Below are positions 1 through 7,061 of a stretch of 50,626 nucleotides of DNA, in pieces. Positions within the stretch are counted from its first letter, which is position 1. Every line of letters begins with the position of its first letter. The stretch comes from Bacteroidia bacterium (lineage in GTDB: Bacteria; Bacteroidota; Bacteroidia; AKYH767-A; OLB10). The notes below the pieces were generated by a model, which had not been told where the DNA came from, made no database searches, and worked only from the letters and a program-made list of their open reading frames with translations. A program made the translations under genes and the position numbers. The stretch is taken from positions 1 through 50,626 of the forward strand of contig JBDSOU010000158.1 of the NCBI GenBank assembly GCA_039914625.1. Direction: 5' to 3'.

Positions 1-792
1 GGAATCAGAGATGCAATTATCTATAATGGTGATTTATACGTTGCAGGTGATTTCAACGGAGGTCCCGGCAAAAAAGATATCGCCAGGTTTAACGGAACTA
101 ACTGGGTAAGCGTTGGCGGAGGCTTTAGTGGGCCAAATTCATGGATGAATGATCTTGAAATTTACCAGGGTAATTTATACGTAAGCGGATATTTTCAAAC
201 TTCAAATGGTGATCCGGGAAATAATATAGCAATTTGGAATGGTACGAGTTGGAGCCAACCTGGAAATGGACTAATGCCTGCAAATGTTTTTGCAATGCAC
301 GAATTCCAAAACGAGCTTTATGCCTGCGGCCAGATAAATGATGCAAGCGGTATTTTAGTAACTTTCATTGCCAAATGGAACGGAAATAATTGGGCTGCTA
401 CGGGAGGTATTTTTGACAATGGAATGACATGCTTTGCTTCTCATGATAATGATTTATACATCGGAGGATCTTTCTTTACTGTTAATGGCGATACCATGAT
501 TGCTATCGCACGTTATTCGGCACCTTTAGACATAGAAGAAAACAATACCTGGAGCACAAGAGGTATTACTATCACACCAAATCCAAATACCGGTAATTTT
601 TCTTTTACATCATTATTTTATCCGATGGAGAGCATTCGTTTATTTGATTTGTCAGGAAGCATTGTTTTTTCAAAGGAAAAAATTTTAAGTAATTCATATC
701 AATGTAAATTAAACCTGCCTGATCGGATTTATGTTGCGGAGGTTTTTGTTCATGGTAATGCTTACAGGAATAAGGTTTTGGTAATGCATTGA
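1..792 (+). CDS. T9SS-sorted secreted repeat protein, 5'-truncated by the window edge
   Basis: Frame 1 is open from nt 1 (GIRDAIIYNGDLYVAGDFNGG...) into listed ORF 145..792. It has recurring ~50-aa 'NG.xW...G.G' beta-propeller-like repeats. The C-terminus (ITPNPNTGNFSF...LPDRIYVAEVFVHGNAYRNKVLV) fits the Por/T9SS type-A C-terminal domain pattern. Confidence 0.75.
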   Translation, partial: GIRDAIIYNGDLYVAGDFNGGPGKKDIARFNGTNWVSVGGGFSGPNSWMNDLEIYQGNLYVSGYFQTSNGDPGNNIAIWNGTSWSQPGNGLMPANVFAMHEFQNELYACGQINDASGILVTFIAKWNGNNWAATGGIFDNGMTCFASHDNDLYIGGSFFTVNGDTMIAIARYSAPLDIEENNTWSTRGITITPNPNTGNFSFTSLFYPMESIRLFDLSGSIVFSKEKILSNSYQCKLNLPDRIYVAEVFVHGNAYRNKVLVMH

Positions 793-795
793 TGA

Positions 796-897
796 AACAG
801 AAGCAGAACTCACCTTTCTTTTTTACCGCAGGGAGTTTATTTTTTAAATTTGAAAAGTAAGGGAGGGAGTTATACGAAGAAAATAGTGAAGCTATGA
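796..897 (+). pseudogene. Relic last ~28 codons of a second T9SS C-terminal domain, in frame just after the stop of the upstream gene
   Basis: After the TGA TGA at 790-795, the same frame reads NRSRTHLSFLPQGVYFLNLKSKGGSYTKKIVKL* (stop 895-897). This is the typical terminal 'L..G.YF......G.....K' strands of a T9SS CTD. It has no start codon of its own. Confidence 0.45.
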
Positions 898-1004
898 GAA
901 GGGAATGAAAAAAAATAATGATAGCGGCACGGCAAAAGATTACCTTGATGAAAAAGGATTGGTTAAAATTTGTTTGCAATATGCAGCATAATGATGCCGG
1001 GGAG

Positions 1005-1460
1005 TTACTCCATATCCAGCAAATTATTCAACTGCCGCACACGCGCCATAAATTTTTTATTGTCGCTCAGCGAAGTTCTCATGCCTTCCATTACGACCTG
1101 GCAGCCTTTTAAAAGCGTGTTTCTTACTTCAGCGTAATCTTCACCGCTCGATTTAATTACATCCTGGTTAATTTCTTTAACTTCATCACCAATGTTTGTA
1201 AGAAACGTCTTGCAGGTTACATCCAATACAGTATAAATGAGGATTTCGTCATCCAGTGAAAATTGAATTTTGTCAGTGTCTTTTGCATTTTTTATACGCT
1301 GGTAAAGAGTGGCCATCTGCTCTTCATTGATAAGCTCATTTTCATAAATCGCATCTTCGAGCGGATGTTGCTCGTGCAACAAAGTAAACTTTGCAGTGCT
1401 GAATGCCGAAATCAAAAGCAACCGTGAAAGTGGTGTAAGTTGAACCGTGAATGTTTCCAT
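1005..1460 (-). CDS. hypothetical cytoplasmic protein (151 aa)
   Basis: Complete ORF with an ATG start and no signal peptide. I recognise no family motif. Confidence 0.5.
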   Translation of the reverse strand: METFTVQLTPLSRLLLISAFSTAKFTLLHEQHPLEDAIYENELINEEQMATLYQRIKNAKDTDKIQFSLDDEILIYTVLDVTCKTFLTNIGDEVKEINQDVIKSSGEDYAEVRNTLLKGCQVVMEGMRTSLSDNKKFMARVRQLNNLLDME

Positions 1461-1497
1461 CTGAATGAATAAAGTTCAAGGTTAAAAGTTCTCCGTT

Positions 1498-1532
1498 AAA
1501 AACTTTAAACTTTAAACTTTAAATTTTAAACT
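1498..1532. repeat. (AAACTTT)n heptamer microsatellite, about 4 units
   Basis: aaaaactttaaactttaaactttaaattttaaac lies directly after the stop of ORF 1531..2394 and upstream of the start of ORF 1005..1460. Near-identical tracts occur at 28630-28656 and 20371-20401. Confidence 0.8.
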
Positions 1533-2394
1533 AATTTTTAACTATTACAAGGTATTTCGAGACTCCCCAGAATTTCTCGTAATCGTTTATGGTCAGTGAT
1601 TTTATTTTATCTTTATCCTTATCAAGAGTATAAGAATTTGCGGGATGTGTGGTTACAATTTTTGCTTCCTTGCAATTCAGTTCAATTGACAAAGTCTGGG
1701 TAATATCAATTTTTGTAAATGCATCTCCATTAAAATCATTTATCAGTTTTTGATTTTTTCCGATACCAAGAAAGCCGCCTTCTTTGCTCAATACATTTTT
1801 ATCGCGCAGTTCTTTATAAGTACCAACTGCATAATATGCTGTTTGGAGCTTCTCTGTTTTTTCTTTTATCCGGCCTTCTTTCACAACGTTTTGTGCAGTG
1901 AGCGTATCAATGGTAACATTAAGATTTTCCACGTTCATTTTCATATCAGCTAACTGGTAATTGAGCTTCACCAGTTCGCTGTCTTTTTCGGCAAGTTTAA
2001 TGTTCAGGTTATCCACTAACTTTTGCAAAGCGCCCAACTTATTACCCTGCGACCGCACTTTTTTCTGCAATTGACCAATCAACTCTTTATTCTTGTTAAG
2101 CAAATCATTAATGGCAAGAATATTCTCATTAATGCGTGTTTTCTGATCGGTCTTTGTTTCACCCGAAACAGAGGTAGATTGTTCGATGCTGCCTTGCTTA
2201 TGAGCAATGGTATCAAGATTTGTTTCAATTTCATTCATCGAAACCAAAAATGAATTGATTGATGAATCTTTCATATCAGCAGCAATTATTAATGAATCTG
2301 CTTTACGCGAAGCGCTTTCATATTGTGTTTTAAAATTTTCACAGGATGCGAAAACAAAGCAGAGAGCAAAACTTAAAAGAATAATATTTTTCAT
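1531..2394 (-). CDS. coiled-coil lipoprotein, function unknown
   Basis: The N-terminus MKNIILLSFALCFVFASC has a lipobox-like Cys. A long heptad-rich central region follows (LNKNKELIGQLQKK...LNIKLAEKDSELVKLNYQL). Confidence 0.6.
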   Translation of the reverse strand: MKNIILLSFALCFVFASCENFKTQYESASRKADSLIIAADMKDSSINSFLVSMNEIETNLDTIAHKQGSIEQSTSVSGETKTDQKTRINENILAINDLLNKNKELIGQLQKKVRSQGNKLGALQKLVDNLNIKLAEKDSELVKLNYQLADMKMNVENLNVTIDTLTAQNVVKEGRIKEKTEKLQTAYYAVGTYKELRDKNVLSKEGGFLGIGKNQKLINDFNGDAFTKIDITQTLSIELNCKEAKIVTTHPANSYTLDKDKDKIKSLTINDYEKFWGVSKYLVIVKN

Positions 2395-2509
2395 GATAGT
2401 TATGGCTTAGAATTCTAAGAGGCAAAAATAATAAAACACTTCACATGTTTTCAAGGCATGTTAATAAACATATTAACATGGAAATACTAAATAAAGCAAT
2501 AAGAATTCC

Positions 2510-2691
2510 GGAGCCTTCTAAAGGAATCGAACCTGCGACCCAAGCTTTACGAAAGGTTGCTCTACCGGCTGAGCTAATACCGATACGGTATCTGTAATAG
2601 TCCAATGAGATTGGACTAAACAGCTACTCTATCGGCATTATACCGTTTTTAGGTTTGGACTAATTTGATGTAAGTAATGGTATAAGAAGGC
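2510..2691 (-). tRNA. tRNA-Thr(CGT)-like gene interrupted between nt 9 and the D-stem; probably a pseudogene
   Basis: The minus strand reads GCCTTCT-TA-[106 nt]-GCTC AGCCGGTA GAGC ...TTCGTAA... GCAGG TTCGATT CCTTT AGAAGGC T. The acceptor strands at 2685-2691 and 2513-2519 pair 7/7 and the D arm is perfect. The anticodon arm is 1 nt short with a C-C mismatch, and the T stem has one mismatch plus one wobble. Confidence 0.5.
2577..2682 (-). other. 106-nt structured insertion inside the tRNA-like gene, flanked by TA/TA (MITE-like)
   Basis: TA occurs on both sides (2683-2684 and 2575-2576). The ends TACCATTAC / TACCGATAC are imperfect inverted repeats. There is an internal 9-bp hairpin TAGTCCAAT-gag-ATTGGACTA at 2598-2618 and a second TTGGACTAA copy around 2654-2662. 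Confidence 0.4.
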
Positions 2692-2751
2692 TTTGAAAAA
2701 AGTTAAAAAGTAAAATCCATTTTACTCCAAAGATATTTTAAAAATATTTTT

Positions 2752-3591
2752 TTAAATTTTCTTAAGAATACCGGCAATCGTTTTAGAAGAAATTTCAGAA
2801 AGCCTGCCGATCTGCGAAATATTTTCATTCAGGTTATTTAATGGCTGTTCTGCTTCTTTCACTGGCTTGAGACCTTTATTTATCACTTCCTGTACTACAA
2901 GTGCGTTTTGAAGTTCAGCAACAATGTCTTCATTAAGAAATTTGAGGCGATCCATTACCCCAAGCGACATTTGTCCTTTTGTAAAAGCATTGTTCTTTTC
3001 AAAAATATTTTGCCTGTTATTATGCAACAGGCTTTTGGCGGATTTTAATTTTTTTGTGTATTGCCTGAAAATAAAAATGAAAATTCCCAAAAACGCCAGT
3101 GTGAAAATGACCGAGTATCGAAGATTATTTTTCCGGAGGGCATCCAAAGTTGATTTGTCAAGCAGCCGCAAATTTTTTTCCTTTTCTGTGGCAGCAATTT
3201 CATTGAGAATGGAAGTATGCATATCAGCATGATTTTTCAAAGTTTCAGAAATCAATTTATTTTTTTCATCGTTCAACATGGTATCTTTCAATGAAAGGTA
3301 TTTCTGATAAATATCGTAAGCGGGGCGGCTATAGTGATGGTTCCTGAACGCCAGGGCAAGTTGCCTGTAAGCATCAGCATATAAATATTTTTCTTTATTA
3401 GTTTTCAATTCAGAAAAATCAATAGCACGCAGTTTTAAACGGCAGTCGTTTAATTTAGTCAAATCATTGGACACTTTTATTTGCTCTGTGATTTTCATAA
3501 TGTCGTCCGATTGGGCAGCAGCATGTTTGCTTAAAAAAAGAATCAGTAACAAGAGCAAAGACGGAATAGTTATTTTCTTCAGCATCATCAT
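2752..3591 (-). CDS. membrane protein resembling the sensor half of the upstream histidine kinase (no ATPase domain)
   Basis: It has a signal peptide (LLLLLILFLSKHAAAQ), a helical/TPR-like periplasmic segment, a coiled coil, one TM (YSVIFTLAFLGIFIFIF) and a short cytoplasmic tail. Its start overlaps the kinase stop by 1 nt (TAATG), which suggests one operon. Confidence 0.6.
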   Translation of the reverse strand: MMMLKKITIPSLLLLLILFLSKHAAAQSDDIMKITEQIKVSNDLTKLNDCRLKLRAIDFSELKTNKEKYLYADAYRQLALAFRNHHYSRPAYDIYQKYLSLKDTMLNDEKNKLISETLKNHADMHTSILNEIAATEKEKNLRLLDKSTLDALRKNNLRYSVIFTLAFLGIFIFIFRQYTKKLKSAKSLLHNNRQNIFEKNNAFTKGQMSLGVMDRLKFLNEDIVAELQNALVVQEVINKGLKPVKEAEQPLNNLNENISQIGRLSEISSKTIAGILKKI

Positions 3592-4838
3592 TACATAATT
3601 GTATTTAAGGGAAAACGAATAATAAAGTCAGTGCCTTTTCCCGGTTCGGATTCGATGATGATTTCACCGCTATGTTTCTTCTTTATTATATCCGCACACT
3701 GCGTTAAACCTAAACCATTTGCCTCCGCAGCAGGTTTGGTAGTGAAGAAAGGAGCATATATTTTAGAAAGTACTTTATCAGCTATACCCAAACCATTATC
3801 TTTTATTCGCACCTGCACAAAACGCGGCAGCTTTCTTGTGGTCACACTTATTTTAGGTACATAATTTTTTCCTGAATTTTTTTTCTTTTCATAAACAGAA
3901 TGAAATGCATTATTAAAAAAATGGAACAGGGCTGTTCGGATCGCAACCGGCATAATGCTGATTTCCGGCAATATTTTTTCAAGGTCTTTCACCTTTTCGC
4001 ATTCAAATGATGCGTCAGTTGATTTTATCCAATGATAAGAAAGATCAAAAACCCCGCTGATGAGAGTATTCAGGTTGGTCATTATTTTTTCTTCGATGAC
4101 TTCACCATGAGTTTGTTCAATGGCTGCAAGGGATGAGACGGCATTTTCCGCATCCGCAATAATATGCTTAAAGTTTTCTTCCAGCTTTTGAAACTCTTCC
4201 GGATTCTTTTTTTGATTAATGGTAACTGTTCTGAGTTTTGAAATTACCGGTATAGATTTTAAAGAAAGGTCAAAAACTGAACTGAATTCAAATTTCAAAT
4301 CAGCATGGATAGTATGTAATGCATCTGAAGTTTCTGAAAGTGTAATTGTACGTTCTAATTGAACGGTGGATACACCAGCCAGCGTTTGCGCTTTTTTTGC
4401 CATCCGCCTGCGGGTGGTTAAAATTGCAATAAGTACCGAAATAAAAATAACAAAAAACAAAATAGTGTTCCTTGTCATCTTTTGTTTTTCCTTTTCTAAT
4501 GAATCATTTTCTTTTTTAAGCGAATTAACAGACTGTTGCGTCACCGCAAGTTGCTGTTGCAACCTTGAATAATCTGTTTTAAATTTTGATTCTAATTGCT
4601 CAAGTTCCGCTGCTTTTTCTTTGTTTAATTCTTTTTCTTTCAGGTCACCGTATTTCTGGAGCACTTCAAATGCAGGTCCGTTTTTAAAAGCATTATACAA
4701 TTCATTTGCCTGCTGTTGGTACCCTTTTAATGATTTTGGGCTATCGGTGACAGCCGAATCAATCATTGTTTGAGAAAACCCGCTGAAAGCAATGAACACC
4801 AATGAAAAAATAAAAAAAATAACTTTCTTGTCAAACAT
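3591..4838 (-). CDS. sensor histidine kinase (HATPase_c) with periplasmic helical/coiled-coil sensor and one internal TM
   Basis: N, G1, F and G2 boxes are present: FHFFNNAFHSV, IKDNGLGI, FAPFFTTK, GLGLT...GKGTDFIIRFP. The candidate phospho-acceptor region is HTIHADLKFEF. TM: ILFFVIFISVLIAILTT. Confidence 0.8.
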   Translation of the reverse strand: MFDKKVIFFIFSLVFIAFSGFSQTMIDSAVTDSPKSLKGYQQQANELYNAFKNGPAFEVLQKYGDLKEKELNKEKAAELEQLESKFKTDYSRLQQQLAVTQQSVNSLKKENDSLEKEKQKMTRNTILFFVIFISVLIAILTTRRRMAKKAQTLAGVSTVQLERTITLSETSDALHTIHADLKFEFSSVFDLSLKSIPVISKLRTVTINQKKNPEEFQKLEENFKHIIADAENAVSSLAAIEQTHGEVIEEKIMTNLNTLISGVFDLSYHWIKSTDASFECEKVKDLEKILPEISIMPVAIRTALFHFFNNAFHSVYEKKKNSGKNYVPKISVTTRKLPRFVQVRIKDNGLGIADKVLSKIYAPFFTTKPAAEANGLGLTQCADIIKKKHSGEIIIESEPGKGTDFIIRFPLNTIM

Positions 4839-4939
4839 TTTTGCCGAAAATATTTTGTTGCAAATAAAATAAAATCATACCATAAAAAATAAGTTGCGAA
4901 TATAAAGCAAGCCAGTTGAAAAATAAGCTGCTTCAAAAA

Positions 4940-5872
4940 CTATTTTTTAACAGCGTGTATCATGCGGCTTTTTCCGCTTATATCCTGCTTTTCAGCCACA
5001 TCAGTAAATCCTTTTGCCGAAAGCATGTCAGAAATTTCATAACTTAAATTTTCATTCATTTCAAAATACAGACTGCCATTTCTTTTTAACAAGCCTCCAG
5101 AAGCCAGATGAGCTATACGTTCATAAAACAACAATGGGTTTTTATCCTCCACAAACAAAGCAATATGCGGCTCATGATCGGTTACGTTGCGGTGCATTTT
5201 CATTTTCTCATGACTTGATATGTAAGGTGGATTGCTTACAATTAAATTAAAAGAATGTTGTGAACTCAGAGATGAATTCAAAATATTCACTTGAATAAAA
5301 TTTATTTCAGTTTCATTCAGAGCTGCATTCTTGCGGGCAACCAGCAATGCATCTTCCGAAATATCAACAGCAGTTACTTTTGAATGAGGAATATTTTTTT
5401 TCAATGAAATTGCAATACAGCCGCTTCCTGTTCCAATGTCAAGAATGCGGAATTCAGAAATCGGATGTTGGAAATCAGATGTTGGATATTGAATTTTACC
5501 CTTATAATTGACAATTGGTAATTGGTAATTGGTAATTTGTTCATTGTACTCCTCAATTATCCATTCCACAAGCTCTTCTGTTTCCGGCCGGGGAATTAAT
5601 ACATTTTTATTGACCAGGAATCTGCTTCTCAAAAAGTCTGTTTCCCCAACAATATATTGCAGGGGTTCATATGTTTTAAGTCTGTTTAAAATTTCATGTG
5701 AATGCAGTAGTTGCTTTGCATTTATTTTTTCTTGCTTCTTTAAAATAATATCAGGGGAAGAAAATTTTAATGCGTGTCGTAAAGCATTTTGTGTGATCGC
5801 TTTTATTTCGCTCTCATCGTAAAGCTCTTTTAGCTCATCGTAATATTTTTTTATCAGTTGTTCAACCAGCAT
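4940..5872 (-). CDS. prmC: peptide chain release factor N5-glutamine methyltransferase (PrmC/HemK)
   Basis: Motifs ILDIGTGSGCI (SAM binding) and IVSNPPYI (NPPY catalytic motif), plus RPETEELVEW. I prefer the internal ATG at 5872 (MLVEQLIKKYY...) because the listed start at 6013 would overlap the divergent ribD start. Confidence 0.85.
   Translation of the reverse strand: MLVEQLIKKYYDELKELYDESEIKAITQNALRHALKFSSPDIILKKQEKINAKQLLHSHEILNRLKTYEPLQYIVGETDFLRSRFLVNKNVLIPRPETEELVEWIIEEYNEQITNYQLPIVNYKGKIQYPTSDFQHPISEFRILDIGTGSGCIAISLKKNIPHSKVTAVDISEDALLVARKNAALNETEINFIQVNILNSSLSSQHSFNLIVSNPPYISSHEKMKMHRNVTDHEPHIALFVEDKNPLLFYERIAHLASGGLLKRNGSLYFEMNENLSYEISDMLSAKGFTDVAEKQDISGKSRMIHAVKK
5455..5545. repeat. 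In-frame repeat-built insertion inside prmC: (AATTGGT)x3-4 plus a 14-nt direct repeat
   Basis: AATTGGT AATTGGT AATTGGT AATTTGT lies at 5513-5540, and GGATGTTGGAAATC / AGATGTTGGATATT at 5463-5490. Together they encode ..QITNYQLPIVNYKGKIQYPTSDFQHPISE.. between the conserved EELVEW and ILDIGTGSG motifs. Confidence 0.8.
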
Positions 5873-5946
5873 TTCATTCGTATTATCGTGGGTCAAAATA
5901 AAAACAATTAATGTATTTTTGACTGTTTCGTAAAAAATTTCCACAG

Positions 5947-7050
5947 ATGAATCATGAACACTACATGCGAAGATGCATTGAACTTGCCGCAAAGGGGTTG
6001 GGAAGTGCAGCACCTAATCCTCTTGTGGGTTGCGTTATAGTTCATGATTCAAAAATTATCGGTGAAGGTTACCATGCGATTTACGGACAGCATCATGCGG
6101 AAGTAAATGCAATTAATTCTGTTAAAGATAAGAATCTTTTGGAAAAAAGCACTATGTATGTAACCCTTGAACCTTGTTCTCATTTTGGTAAAACACCTCC
6201 CTGCAGCGATTTGATTATCCGCCACAAAATTCCTGAAGTGATCATTGGAAATATAGATCCTTTTACAAAAGTGGATGGCAGGGGAATTAAAAGACTTACG
6301 CAATCAGGAATAAAAGTAACAACAGGTGTACTTAAAAAAGAATGCAGATTTATGAACCGCAGATTTTTGGTTTTTCATGAAGAAAAACGGCCTTACATAA
6401 TTTTGAAATGGGCACAGAGCAAAGATAATTTTATTGCTCCCTCTGTTAAATCGTATGTGAAGACACAAAGAATTGCGGAGCAAAAGACACATAAGATCTC
6501 CAGGATGACGGGAAAAGATATAAAGGAAAAAATCCATTGGATCAGCAATGAATATTCCCGGATGCTTTCACATAAATGGCGCAGTGAAGAAGCTTCTGTT
6601 CTTGTCGGAACAACTACTGCTGAAAAAGATAATCCTGAATTGACGGTGAGGAATTGGAGTGGAAAAAATCCTGTCAGATTGGTCATAGATAAAAATTTAA
6701 GACTGAAAAGTTCGCTGCATTTATTTGATCAAAAGGTTAAGACAATTATTTATACATCAAAATCTAAAAACTCATCTGAAAACCTTGAATTTGTAACAAT
6801 TATTTTTAATGATAATGTTCTGAAACAATTGGTGGATCATCTGTATAAAGAAAATATTCAATCGCTGATTATTGAAGGCGGAACTCACCTCTTGCAATCT
6901 TTTATTGAAAATAAATTGTGGGATGAAGCAAGAGTTTTTACGGGTGATTCAGTTTTGAATGATGGAGTAAAAGCTCCTGCCATCAGTGGCGAAATTTTTA
7001 CGAATGAGAAAATTGGTTCAGATGAACTGACAGTTTTTTTACCAAAATAA
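5947..7050 (+). CDS. ribD: bifunctional riboflavin biosynthesis protein RibD (pyrimidine deaminase / uracil reductase)
   Basis: Deaminase zinc motifs HAEVNAI and TLEPCSHFGKTPPC are present. The C-terminal reductase half has ILKWAQSKDNFIA, HKWRSEE and IIEGG. Confidence 0.9.
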   Translation: MNHEHYMRRCIELAAKGLGSAAPNPLVGCVIVHDSKIIGEGYHAIYGQHHAEVNAINSVKDKNLLEKSTMYVTLEPCSHFGKTPPCSDLIIRHKIPEVIIGNIDPFTKVDGRGIKRLTQSGIKVTTGVLKKECRFMNRRFLVFHEEKRPYIILKWAQSKDNFIAPSVKSYVKTQRIAEQKTHKISRMTGKDIKEKIHWISNEYSRMLSHKWRSEEASVLVGTTTAEKDNPELTVRNWSGKNPVRLVIDKNLRLKSSLHLFDQKVKTIIYTSKSKNSSENLEFVTIIFNDNVLKQLVDHLYKENIQSLIIEGGTHLLQSFIENKLWDEARVFTGDSVLNDGVKAPAISGEIFTNEKIGSDELTVFLPK

Positions 7051-7061
7051 TTTAACTCTTA

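Noticed and set aside
5873-5946. FMN (RFN) riboswitch upstream of ribD
   Set aside because: Only 74 bp separate the divergent prmC and ribD starts. That is too short for an RFN element, and none of its conserved GC-rich helices are visible.
5873-6013. The long N-terminal extension of prmC given by the ORF track (start at 6013)
   Set aside because: The extension (MLHFPTPLRQVQCIFACSVHDSS...) overlaps the divergent ribD start (5947) and has no PrmC-like sequence. The ATG at 5872 gives a normal N-terminus.
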